DNA of 64,000 nucleotides from Phallusia mammillata (taxonomy: Eukaryota), in assembly GCA_965637545.1 (NCBI GenBank), contig OZ281494.1, positions 6,510,001-6,574,000 on the forward strand, in the 5' to 3' direction. The first letter of the stretch is position 1; each line of letters starts with the position of its first letter. The position numbers and the translations under genes are program-made. Under the pieces are notes generated by a model. It worked only from the letters and a program-made list of their open reading frames with translations. It searched no databases and was not told the origin of the DNA. Below are positions 27,101 through 39,622 of the stretch, piece after piece.

Positions 27101-30100
27101 TGCAATTGTTGCGTTTTAACCGATGTCTGTTCGATCAATCGCGTCACTACAAGTGCGTTTGCTCTTAGCTGGAAACGTTATAAAACCGACGTAACTTGAA
27201 CAAATGAGACGTTATACAGGGGTCAAGGCCCCGCACTCTACGCCAGTGTATGGAGTACTTTCTGCAAAATTAATACAGCTTTCTTTTTTTCTTTTTTCTT
27301 TTTGCCCCTCAAGTTTGTTAAGCGACCCCTTCCGGGGTCGCGACCCCCAGTTTGGGAAGCCCTCTTATAAAGTCAACCAGAAATACGTTGCTTGTGTTTA
27401 TGGGTTATTTATTTTAGTGGATGTTTTGGCAGTTGGCAGTTCGAGGGATGTTAACAGCCTGCGATGACGTCAGAAGCATTAACTTTTGTGGCTCTAAAAA
27501 AATATGGGTTGGTTAGACCAGTGGTTCTCAAACTCGGTTTTCGGGGCTGCATGCGGCTCCCAACTACATATTTTGCGGCTCGCACCAGACCTCAGAAAAC
27601 CACCAAACATTGCTATTTTAGCTTTCAAAGTCATCTTCTTTAGTGATTACTCAAGGTTTCGTTTTTGCGCGGTTTCCTACACACTTCAAAAATACCATTT
27701 GGCCCCGGCAATAAAAAAGTTTGAGAACCACTGGTTTACAGGACTGTTCAGTTACTCCTCTGGCCCTCAAAAATGGGTGAGTTTTTTAAACAGTGTTGGA
27801 ATTGACTGGAATCTGTATGGCTTGTAAAATATGCCAGTTATAGGTGTCGATTGTTGTATCAACCCTTTTCCCACACATTTACCGTACCAGCTCCCTAAAA
27901 TGGGCGAGTTTTTTTAAACAATGACGGAATTGATTGAAATTTGTAAAGCTTGCACAATATACCATTTATATGTGTCGATTTGTTGTGTTCAACCCTTTGG
28001 TCCCCTCATACTCCCATCCAGCTCCCTAAAATGAGTGGTTTTTTTCAATGTCAAAATTGAATGAAATTTGGATAGTTAATAGAACACGGTATTTTGAGTC
28101 GTTAATTGTTATGTTTAACCCTGTAGTCCCACGATTTACCCCTCCGTCTCCTAAAAGTGTGATTTTTTTAATAATGTTCCAATTAAATGCATTTAGTACA
28201 GTCTGTAAAATTTGCCATTTAAGGGGGTCGGTTATTGTGTTTTACTTTATTTCGTAATTTATTCCTTCTGTCCTTGATAATATAACATTAAATAGAACAA
28301 CAAACAATGTCTGAATTAAATCTGATTTGTATAGTTTGTACGTTTAATAGCATAATTATTGAAGCCAAGTACTGATCACTGCCTTTTACCTACCAACACC
28401 AAGATTAGTAATGGCTATCTCTTGATATGTGTTATTTTGAACTTTGAATGTGTGGGGATCCATGCGTCTCCATACAGAAACAACTAAGGTAACAAAAGAC
28501 AGCGGCAAATATGGCATATAAAACAGGTGTAGGAAATATATTAACGTTTTGAAATATGTTATAGTGTATGTGCAAAGGCAAAATGTGCTAAGTCACCCTT
28601 CTAGTTTTTTTTTTCTGTTGGTTTTGAATAGTATGTAAACTGGTAATTATACTTCGTTTAGCATAATGTCTATAATCAACCAAACACATATTGTCTAAAT
28701 CAGTGGTTCCCAACCTTTTGTGGACCAGTACCTCTTTGGCCTTGCGATCCCCTTCATGTTACATTGCAGAACCTGTGGCCCCCTTAAAATGTAGATAGCA
28801 ATTACGCGTTGGAATGGGATGTTAACTTTTGACCTAAACAGGTCTAATAGAGTAAATGAGCGTGATAAACCTTACTATAAACAAATAGAATGTGAAATAG
28901 TCGATTAAATTCGGAAATAAAGTTAAAGTGAAAATGACTTTTAGAGGGTGTTTCTTGGGAATCTACGCCTGTGGCCCCCCAGAACACAGCTCGTGGTCCC
29001 CCTGGGGGGCCCTGGGCCCTGGTTGGGAACCACTGGTCTAAATCAACTTTATTTGTAAATATAGAACGCGATGACACAGAAACAATAAAATTTGTAATAT
29101 ACTGTTCATTTCCTCGTTGCAGATATCGACGAATGCTCTAAACCCGGTTTGAACAACTGCAACTTCAACGCTACTTGTAGCAATACCGATGGTGGCTTCA
29201 GTTGTCGTTGTAATTCTGGTTTTGGTGGGAATACTACAGGTTAGACCGCAATTTTACAACAACATTAAACAGTTGATTTCTGGTAAACAATCGGTCAAGT
29301 AACAATCAGTATTTCTTTGCTATGCGATCACTAGCATTTTTAAATCTTTTTTTGTGGACTTCGTATACTTTTCACGTTAAATGTTTTGAAGTATGATACC
29401 TAGGTGCGTCGTGTTGCAGCTAAAGAATGTTTTTATTGAATCAATGCTGTATTAACGTTTTTAAAAGGCCGATCCGCGTTAAAATTTCTGTTTTAAAGAG
29501 GTCCGCAGTGTAAAAAGGTTGCCGTTCCCTGTAAACAATCTATTTATAACTTTGTAACAGCCGTGTAATACTATTCTGCTCCAACGCTCAAACATAGAAG
29601 TAAGATAATAAGCTTATGCTTTGTTTTTGGCCCTGCGTGAAACGTTAAGGAAAAACAATCGTTATGTTTTGTTTTCATTCAGACTGCGTGTCTTCTTTGC
29701 TTATACACTCGGAAAACCTCAACCCAGCGAATGCAGATGATCTAAAAATGGTTGAGAGTTTTTTGCAGCACGCTGCAAGAAAAATATATGAAACAAACAA
29801 AACTTCTTATGACGGCAACGACCAATTATACATTAAACATGTCAAAAATAACCACAGTGAATATCATTCAAATGTAATGCTTAATTCAACTCGCATTGAT
29901 TTTACGCTGCAAACAATCGGGGTTAGACGACTCGTCATTGCTGTGTTTGTCTTTAAGATAAACACGACAGAAACTGCACAGACTCAACCCGTTGAATCAG
30001 GTTCTCTGGCCACAACGCAATACATAGCTACGTTAAACTCAACCTACATCGCTATAATAGCTTGGGACGCGGATAGCTTCCTGCGCTCACGCCGCAAACG

Positions 30101-31613
30101 ATCAACTACCGCTAAACAAGACAATCAGTTGACAGGAAATTTGACTTACACAGGACCCCCGATATCCCTGATGTCTTTTTGCAAAGAGGTAAAAGCAAAA
30201 AATATAAACGGGGCAAATCTAAAAATCAACAAAGTAGAACCAATCTGTCTCTTCTTCGACAAAGTTGACAAAAAATATTCCGATCGTGGTTGCGTCACAA
30301 TTACTGATGACGTAACAGGCAATGTCACTTGCAAGTGCAACCATCTTACCCTTTTCACCGTTTTACTTGCGGTCCAATCTACCACAATACCAAAGGGCGT
30401 GAAGGTATACATTCAGCTGTAACCTATAAAATGTGCTTTGGTGGATACAAGTCTTCGATTTTTAGGTCACTTCTTACGCCACTGAGTCAGCATCTATCAC
30501 GTTTCTGGTCGCCACCACAGTTATCCTCTACAGGTCGAAACACAATGGAGATCGGGTTCCGGTTCAAATCAGCTTGGCACTGGCTCTTCTGCTTTTCCAC
30601 TCCGTCAACATAGCACATGATCTTGCCATCCTTAATAAGTTTACTTGCGTTATACACACTCTTGCCAATCAATACCTTTTGCTCTCTTCAGGTACGTTTC
30701 ATGAATTGTCATTTTGCCAGTGATCTAATACAATACCAAAGAGAGGTTATAATGAAACCTACTAATTGTCACTAAAGTTATTGGATAGAAGTGATCATTA
30801 ACTCAATTTTTTCAGGACTGTGGTTTTTGGTGGAGGGAATTCGTCTCTTCATGGCGACTTCGTCTCCAGTCAAATTCCAAACTCAGGATTCATCAAAGCG
30901 TCTCAAGATCTTCATGCTGATTGGTTGGATTGCTCCCGCTTTTATAGTGGGAATAGCCATGACTGTGGGGATTCCCTTTGGAATGTTCATGAAGCCCCAG
31001 TTCCTATATGAGCATTGTAACGAATTTATTCCGATTCTTAAATACAACAGATGCTGGTTAGCCCCTGGGACTCCGATCTTCTACACAACGCTGATCGCGC
31101 CTCTTGCTCTCGTCCTCTTCATCAACTTTATGATTGTTCTGAAAACAACACATGTGATGTTGCACTCGAAGAAGATGCAAAACAGAGGAGAGGATTCAGG
31201 GACAGGAGATGCGTTGAGAGCAGCAAAAGCTTTTATCTTACTCTTCTTTATGCTGGGCGGAACTTGGGTACTGGCTTTTTTGACAGGTGAAATATTCAAG
31301 TGTGTGTGGACTTTTACCAATCTTCAGTTGACACACAACTTTACAGTTAAGCAACAAATCTATTTTTGCAGGAATCGGAAATGGTACTTCGAACGAGGTG
31401 TTCATGTACATCCACAGCTTGGTGAACGGTTTGCAGGGAATCGTTGTCTTCTTGCTGTACTGCGTTATTGATGACAACATCCGACAAGAAATGCTTTCTT
31501 GCAATTGTTTGGCTGGTGCCAGACCTGGGCATCAGTACCACGAAGCAGATAAAACAGGGGGTCTAAGTCCAAACGTTGATGAAAGTGGGTGTTTCAAGAA
31601 CATTACTATTTAG
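24110..31613 (+). CDS. adhesion GPCR B, EGF-TM7-like (signal peptide, 6 EGF, GAIN/GPS, 7TM); exons 24110-24188, 24332-24484, 24657-24818, 25209-25337, 25409-25534, 25901-26029, 26097-26222, 29123-29239, 29683-30404, 30466-30691, 30816-31286, 31372-31613
   Basis: Signal MNFIGLVALLSAVLINSVSTQ; phase-1 exons with calcium-binding EGF consensus (DIDEC/DINEC...CxNxxGx[YF]xCxC); GPS CLFFD...YSDRGC...TCKCNHL|TLFTVLL; 7TM co-linear with gene A. Confidence 0.92.
26493..27364. mobile_element. non-autonomous hAT element (872 bp) in an aGPCR-B intron
   Basis: Imperfect TIR ctgagcttcccaaac / gtttgggaagccctc; perfect 8-bp TSD ttataaag (26485-26492, 27365-27372). Confidence 0.88.
27519..27733. mobile_element. 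hAT (Charlie/Buster-like) MITE
   Basis: TIR CAGTGGTTCTCAAACT / AGTTTGAGAACCACTG; TSD degenerate (ggttagac / gtttacag). Confidence 0.75.
27769..28260. repeat. degenerate tandem array of ~125-130 bp units (about 4 copies)
   Basis: Recurring (ccagctccct)aaaatggg..gagttttttaaac..tg..ggaattga..g(g/a)aat(c/t)tgta core at ~27769, 27897, 28028 and 28152. Confidence 0.75.
28701..29035. mobile_element. hAT (Charlie/Buster-like) MITE
   Basis: Perfect 15-bp TIR CAGTGGTTCCCAACC; perfect TSD gtctaaat on both sides. Confidence 0.95.
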
Positions 31614-34600
31614 TCAATATTTTTAAGATAAAGCATTGGGTTGAATCAAAGAAAACAATACATTCTTTTTTATTTTTTATTTCTGTGACTTGCTAAGTAA
31701 ACATTATAGAATGTTGTACGGTACAAATACGTTTTTCACTGCTCTATTGTCTACGCTTGAACATTTAACATTTTTCATTTTGAATCATTGAGGTCGCATG
31801 AAAAAGTGTATGAATTTGGGTCGAAAACTTTGCTGTTTCCTAATGCTTTATTTGTTTTTTTGAAACCATTATGAGCCTGTTAATATATGTTTTGATGACA
31901 ACTAGGCATTCAGTGATTGTTATTGTCTTTTAGTTCACAACTTTTATCTCTTGGTTTTTACCAATGTTTTACCAAAATTTTTTATCAAACGAAAGCGTGT
32001 ATTATTTCTGTCATTCGACTTTTTTTCGACGCCAGTGGGCGTTAAAATCTCTGAATTCGGTGTCACGCAACAACGCTATACTTCCTTTGCGCCTATCATG
32101 ATGTGTTGTGAATATTTTAACAAAAGCCTATGTAATGCGGTTGCCCTGTTTATTATATATCTTGTCAATAACACTTTATTTATTGCGCAAACAAAATATC
32201 TCCACATGAAAAGAACTAAAATCGAACCGAACCACTCACTTTGAAACACGGTAAAATATAATTTAGAATTCCACATTATACTGATTACAGAAGGAAGGGG
32301 GCCATTTCAATTTAATACTTTTTAACAGGTTACAACTTTTTGGCATTGCTTATCCAAACGCCAGGATCAAACAATGATCTTGCCAACACTGCTTTTATTG
32401 TCAGGTATCAGGTTTTCTTTGGGCTAATTAGCGTCTTAAGACGCAATCATAAATTTTGATGATTTCCTTTATAAAGGGGGAAAACAAACTGTTCCAACAC
32501 CATTTCCCATCAACATGATTTGATTTGTGTTTAATATTTTTACTTTCCAACCAAAAAATCAACTTAGACAAAAGTAGAAATACAACAAACAGCGTAAAGG
32601 GAATACAGCAAACACCGTCAAAGAAAAAGATTTAAAACATTCAGTTTCATATTTAGCAAACGGTAAATATGTACTACAAATCACTTTATCAGAGCACTGT
32701 GGCTCATCACCTCCGAAAATGAACTTACAAGACCTTGTCATATATTAAATAAATACATGCATATTATCACGATAGTTGCGCAACGACGTTAAAAAGTGCG
32801 ACAAACTTGAGGTCACAAGGCAGATTAATGGTAGGCGCTCTGTAGCTACGCCGTTACTACAAGCGTTATGTAACAACTCACATTGGAGGTAAAAGGGTGG
32901 CCAGCGAGACAATGCCATGTTGTCGCATCTACGTGCAAAGTGGATCAAACGCAAGAAACTGTTCAGTTTCCGAAACTCGCTTCAACCTGTGTAACCAGGT
33001 TATTGAGGATCTGCAACTTAGCCACATCAATTTAAAAGAGAATTTGCACTTTATTCAGCAGTGATGTCATGTCATTTCAAAGATTGTGAGGCGAATGTTA
33101 CGACAAAGATCATGCAAAACAACGGTAAATCCTTGCTTAAAAACAGTTATTTCACGATTATTGAAATTGTTATCCATACTGGTTCAGAACATCCCCAATA
33201 ACTTATTTTCTTTTATAGATGTCTTTGCTGCATTATCGAAACCGAGGCAAAATACTTCGATACCAAGTGCAAGTATCGATGCTACCGAAATCCATCGATG
33301 CCATCGATGCCTAATACCGAGCACCGGGTACTCGTCCCATCACTATGGACTTTTAAATTAAAGCCGCACAGGAGGTATATGTACGTATTTTTACTTAATT
33401 CTCCATGTATAGCTCAACAAAATCTTTGTCTCAAGGTATACTGGCACTAACAAAATATATGGCAACAAACAAGTGGTTGTCAGAACGGTTGTTTAAGATC
33501 ATGGTTTGAGGAGATATTATAGTGAGCTGTTCTAACCGACCGAATACCATGGTTTGTTTTAACCTGACTTATATAAGCTTCCTTGAACTAAAATTAGTTG
33601 CAGCGTTTGTGTGTGTAGCTACGAAACCAACAGGATGAAAGTTGAAAACTATTCATCGCACGTTTAAAACTGAAAGCTGATGAAGAGTAAAGCAAAGCGT
33701 GTTTGCTTTCGAAGATTTGTTGTTGTCATGACATGAAATGTCGGTTGCTTTCATGTTTAAATCTGCTGTCGTTTCTCAATGTTGGTGTTATGTTTAACAC
33801 AATTACAAAATGACGATCTATAGCATGTTGGGAAAAGTATATGTAAGAATAATCCACACAAATGTCAACCTGATTATTTATTTTCGATTCGGTCGATATA
33901 ATTCGATGGGATTCTAGCCAACATAACAAATCTTTACAAGACCTTTAACTCACTGCCTCTAAATCGCATGTACAGGATTGTAAAACGATGAGATACTTTC
34001 GCTATTCTGTTGAGTAAATAATTGTTTCTGCCACGAAGTCAGGCGCAAAATGTTTTCACTTTATAACGCGTTTGAAAGTCAAATAGGGTATCAAAGAAGC
34101 GAAGGCGCCGCACTGGTCACGTCACGTATGATCCTATGACGCGTGGTAGTAAATGCGGAACTACAAACATTTCCATTGAAAAGAGTTCGGTGTCCCTGAT
34201 AAGAAACGCTATACCATCAGTGCTTTCCGTTTTTGCTGAAATGCACATACGTTTAGTCTTATTGTTAACGTAGACAGGGAACAGTTCTGCTCTGGTAAAT
34301 ACTTGATTAAAAGTGTAAACTAACTTATTGAGAGGAAAAGAATTGTGTAATCAAGGCATTTTTGTACTTGACTGTGATTAAAATAATGCAAATGGAATAT
34401 ACCTGTTTACAACTGCATGTCAGTTTGTTTAGAAGTATTCATTCAGTCACGAGCAGCAGACCAATCATGTTGCAACCAAATGATTTTGAACTAATGTTAT
34501 CTAAATGCAACGGAATTAAATCTTTCGCTACTAATTACTAGTTGTCAGTATATATGGAGTTGAGTTGCGTTTATTTACAAGTCTTTGTTGAATAGATTGT

Positions 34601-34676
34601 AAAGTATTGCAGACTGTTTGCGTTTTAACTATATGTTGTATTCTTTCTATGTGTTTTCTTAGAGCACAGTTAAACC

Positions 34677-36105
34677 ATGTTAAGTTTAAATAATTTAAAC
34701 GCTGTTAAGCACTGTATTATACAAACTAACACCATTATCAGTGGTAAGTCAACAGTTTTTTTTTAAAGAAGATTTGTCATCGTGATGCCTTTTTATTATT
34801 TTGGTGTAGTTTTCATCAGTTTTGCAACAAGTTATTGCCTCCGACTTCCCACTTCAAACAGCTCGGGTTATTTGGTTCACGCCACTGGTTATACAGGGCG
34901 CGATTGCCCATGGAACTTTGATTATGATTTACCAAACCGAACAAATCTCATGATGGTATTCAAGGTTTTTGAAGTCTGGTACCATCGGATGGGGTCCACA
35001 TTACTACAATTTCTACACACCAGATAATCCAGGTTTATATCTGTTACATTATCTTGCCAACAATAAAAAAATCTGTTATTTTGTTGTCGTAGGCAAAAAG
35101 TGGTGGCAATCGGGTCCATTCTGTCGCATTTACGTAAAGTCTGGTTCCAGCTTGCCGAACTGCAAACCTGGAGATAACAGACCAGAATTGTGTGGAAATG
35201 TCATACAAGAATCAATGCACTGGCCTCCCATGATTAAAACTGATTTTGCAAAATATTCTGCTGTAATGTCGTTTGATTTCATTGACTGTGAGGCAAACGT
35301 GTCGAATGTTGTCCCTGATATAGGTAACATTTTTCTTGTCCAGAGGAAGCTTGATTGATGTTTTATAACTGCCTGTCATAGACCTACTTATAAATCAATT
35401 GTTTTCTTTTAGAATTTTGTTTGTTTGGAGCTTTAGTTTAAATGTACTTACAAGGGCAAAATTGAACCTGAATTGATACATTTTGAGTACCTTTGATGTG
35501 AAAAATTTTCCCTTCAGTAACAACACTAGATCTTTTTATGTTTGCTTCAAGTGGTTGTAAAATCTGACGATACAACAACACACAATAACACATTGTTTAA
35601 ACCTTGGATAAACACAATTCAGATGACATCAACAACAACAATAACAACAGGAACATCACCCATTTCCGGTAATTTAGCTGATGTCACTGCAATTTATGGA
35701 AAAGCAAATTGTAAAAAAAAGATTTGTGTTTCAGCAGGTCAAACCGCTCCACCGCCGTCGGTATTTTTGTGGGTTTCTGTGGTTCTTGCTGTTTTACTGA
35801 TGATGGCATCTACGGCTATTGTGTATTTGCTGGTTAAAATTAGGTAATTAATTGAGAAGGGCTAACAAAACTTAAATAAGATAAAAATAGAAGGCAATTT
35901 TAATAAAATTCTCGATGCCAATTTTCACACGTTTTGAAGTCAATCTGGTTTGGTGTCATACAGAAAGATAAACGGATCTTCCCAAACCGAAGACAAATCA
36001 TCTACCAAATCGCAGGATAAAGAAATTGTGGTAAACGAACTTTACCACTCAAATAATCCAACGTTTGAAACTGAGACTGCGTACAATACTTTGTACAACC
36101 GATAA
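34677..36105 (+). CDS. R1: uncharacterised single-pass receptor, ectodomain subfamily A with type-I (ITSM-like) tail; one +1 frameshift. Exons 34677-34743, 34810-35032, 35093-35323, 35552-35668, 35735-35843, 35964-36105
   Basis: YCLRLPTSNSSG...CPW...PNRTNLMMVFKV / ...FYTPDNP; KWWQSGPFCRIY...YSAVMSFDFIDC; Thr-rich stalk; TM VFLWVSVVLAVLLMMASTAIVYLLV; tail KEIVVNELYHS...ETAYNTLYNR*. The T5 run at 34966-34970 has one T more than the paralog frame needs (real lesion or assembly error). Confidence 0.8.
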
Positions 36106-36971
36106 TCATGTAGCAAAGTCAAAAAGTAACATTTCGAGTTGCGTTTAGTGTAACTTGTTTTTGACATACATTTTACACCAAACTGTAGGTGACTTAGCAG
36201 ATGTCTAAGGCAAGAATACTTATTTTGTGATATTTTTCTTCAAAAATGATACCTGATTGTGCTATTGTTTGTTATATTTGTACGATTAAATTTTGGAATA
36301 AAATGAGATTAGTGTAATAAACGGACCCGATTGACATTTAAACAATCTTTGATTTGTTAAAGAGCAGCTCGAATCGTTTTTGTCTGAAGCATAACTGAGC
36401 AGTATGAGGTATTTAGGCAGCTAGATCGGGTTTAACATTACAACTAAGACTAAAATACATCGGGACGTAATGTTACGTAGAATACATTAGGTTGTCGGTT
36501 AAATAAAAAATCGATCCAAACGCCTCGATCCAAACCCTATACTGCACAGTAAGACCTAAATCAGCCCGAATGAGCTTGGACGGAACTAACGCAATACGTT
36601 GCATGTCTGTGTCCCAAACACTAACCGATCATATAACGTTTAACCCGATAATCCATGGCTATTATTAGAATTTGCATTGACAAAGCCTTTGTTATCTGCG
36701 GGCATACAAAATAGTACAGCTAATGATAAAGGGAATTTTATGTTTATTTATACATGTTTTTGAGGCGATTTACTGTGTTAAATTCTGTTAGTGATTTGAG
36801 TCATTGCGACGTAATAAGTGGCAAAAAAGTAACATGTATAGTTTCCTTAGTTTGGTTTTAGTTAAAATTTAAAGTCAAACAACATGGCACAAATGTAATC
36901 AACTTTAACACATATAAAAAAAAATATTTTGTTAAGTTATGATTTCAAGTCATTAAAAATGTTTCGAAAGA

Positions 36972-38966
36972 ATGTCGAGTTTCATAAATTTACACACTAT
37001 CCAACATTTTGTCAAAATGGGTTGCATCTTCTTAAGTGATAAGAAATTCTGGACTTCGTGCGTGGAAATAAAAAAAGTGAACAGGCTTAAATTTTTGCAT
37101 GAAATGCTTCTTCGGCTTTGCAACAAGCCTCCAACTTCCCTTTTCAAACAGGATTCATGATGCATGCTCCTGGATATGGTGGACATTTTTGCCAATAGAG
37201 GATTTATTACAATTCACCAAACCGAACAAATCTTATGATGATTTTCAAGGTTGTGAAATCCGATACTGTAGGTCAGAGGTGCAAGTCGGGCCGGGTTCGG
37301 GTTCGGGTTCGGGCTTAGGTATTTGTGAGAAAACAGGCTTAAAACGGGCCTGACTTTACGTTCCGCTTCCGCCAATGTTTTTTGTTTTTTTTAACAAAAA
37401 CACTCAGCTAAGTAACAATTCTCTGGCTTTGACCTAATGCCCACCCTCCTCTAAAACGTATTGTTTACCCTATTGTCTACTATTGTTCATTGTGTTTGTT
37501 GTCTTTCTCTTTTTTCTTTCTCATCCTTTGTTACAAGGCTTTCGTGGATAGGCCTGTCAATCAAAATTTCGGGCCTAAACGGGCTTTGCAAAAACGTTTT
37601 TTGTTCGGGCCGGGCTTCGGGCTTATACTTTCGGGTTCGGGCTCAGATTTCGGGCCCGCTTGCAACTCTGCTGTAGGTTATGTTGATAATCATTATAACT
37701 TTTGACAGACCAGGTAAGTTTTGGATAACTTTTAGCAGCAGGTGTCGAATAAACCAGCACGTTTGTCATTCTTCTTTAGAACACAAGTTCTATCAGGAGG
37801 CTCCTTGGTGCCGTATTTACGTCAAAGAAGGTTGAAATATGACCAAATGCAAAGTTAAAGATAGCAGAATAGAGCTATGTAAAAGTGACATACAAGGTGC
37901 TTTAAGCTGGCCACCCGAAATTACCACCTGGTTTAAACGATTCTCGGCTGTTATGTCTTATCAGTTTATTGATTGCGAATCAAATACTTTAATAGAAGCA
38001 TCTCAAAACCCAGGTAATTATAACCATTGGTAAACGAATTTGCATCACGAGAAGAATCAAACAAATATTTTGGCGGAATTTTCAGTGGTTGTTTCATCCA
38101 ATACATCACGACGTGACAATGGGACAGTTGCTGGACGGATAAACTTTACTCACCCAACTTACACCACTACAGTGACAGGAACAACGCCACTTTACGACGA
38201 CGTGTTGCGCTACAAAGGTATTGTGATAGTTTCATTAACATAGAATCGCTATTCACTAAACGGTCTTGCAGGGAAATGTATAATCCTTATTTACATACTC
38301 GTGATATACTTCACTAGAGAAACAAGGAAGTCGCTATTACGAATTATAAACCATATTTCCCATTTGCTATATTCGTGTTTTTAGAACCAGCTGCCTAGTT
38401 ATTGTATAACACACTCTGCGCACCTGTATAGCATGGAATCACTTGCAGTGAATAAAAAATAACTTGTTGACAGGTCAAACCACTGAGAAAACCTCCCCAT
38501 TTTTATGGGTCGTCGTGATCCTTGCAGTTTTGCTTCTCTTTGCATGTTGTGTCACCTTGGTTTTGCTTTTCAAAATCAGGTAAATATTTGACATGAAAAA
38601 CACCGTCAAATGTAACGTTGCAAACCTGATCAAAATCCTAGTGCAGTAAAACCTTAAACAGAATCGACTGATAAGAATATTTTTAACAGAATACATATTT
38701 TACAAATAAGCTTAGTGCAGTATAAGATTTCATGCAATATAAGTTAGAGTTGTTGTACTGAATCTGGATGTAAGTTTATCAGTTTGATGTATTAAATTTA
38801 TGTATTGCTTACACAGGAAATTGAAAACAACAAGAGTTCTTCCAACACGCTAACAGAAAACACTTCGGAACCGCAGTGTAGGGAAATTGTGGTCAACGAG
38901 CTTTACCATTCTACCAATCCATCATCTGAAAAGGAAGTTGTATACAATGCCTTTTACAAAACATAA
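36972..38966 (+). pseudogene. R2: pseudogene of the receptor family (ectodomain A, type-I tail)
   Basis: Exon-1 donor is G|ATAAG; frameshift after LPFSN; TAG where paralogs have Trp; hAT MITE inside exon 2; TGA in exon 3 near 37832; recognisable TM exon 38474-38579 and tail EIVVNELYHS...EVVYNAFYKT*. Confidence 0.88.
37274..37670. mobile_element. hAT MITE with internal (GGGTTC)n repeats, inserted in R2 coding exon 2
   Basis: TIR cagaggtgcaagtcgggcc / gggcccgcttgcaactctg; perfect TSD ctgtaggt; the reading frame ...KSDTVG|YVDNHYNF rejoins across it. A related end fragment lies at ~23945-23972. Confidence 0.93.
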
Positions 38967-39622
38967 TGGCCTTTTACAATAACCTAAACCAACCATATGT
39001 TTGATTGTAGCATAATTCAATTCTACACAAGCATTTTGTGTGTTTTCGTCAATGTGTGAACTGTGTTGAGATTTACAATGCCTGTATTCTTAACATAATT
39101 ACGTTAAACGCTGTACACTTCAACTGAGAAACACGGTCTAAACGCGAAACTTTGGGTGTCTTGCAACTAAGTTGATCTTACGCACCAAATCGCTCAAATC
39201 ACGTTTTAACACTGTGACATATAAACGACAATAAATTTGCATTCATTAAGCTTCGGTGGAAAATGCCCCAGATTCCGCTGCAGTACTTCAAGTGGTTATA
39301 CTGATAAGTAGTTTGCATTTACTTGTGAGGTTTCGACAAGAAAGAAATAAAAGTTATATCATCGCATTTTTTTCGGTTTGTCATTCGAGTCAACAAGACC
39401 GTGAAAAATGTGTGAATAGAACTTTATATACTGCAATATAGTTTTACTAGTCGCCGTTTAGGCAATCTCAGAAAATAGAGTGGTGATAAAAGTTTTACGC
39501 ATGCAAGTGAAAAAAAATTGTACACTATACCACAAGATACTTATTCATACGTAGTAATTTACTGAAGCTAGTAATGTTTGACATTTTTTGTTTGACCTTA
39601 TTTTTTAGTGCACAGCTAAACA

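Noticed and set aside
17391-28260. Tandem repeats as CRISPR-like arrays
   Set aside because: Eukaryotic intronic repeats without unique spacers or cas genes.
32329-32404. Possible isolated exon (cag|...|gtatc) between aGPCR B and R1
   Set aside because: No neighbouring exons, start codon or homology could be linked to it.
34190-39310. GATA-like TGATAA sites upstream of R1 and R3, suggesting haemocyte expression
   Set aside because: Hexamers occur by chance in AT-rich DNA and their positions are not clearly conserved.
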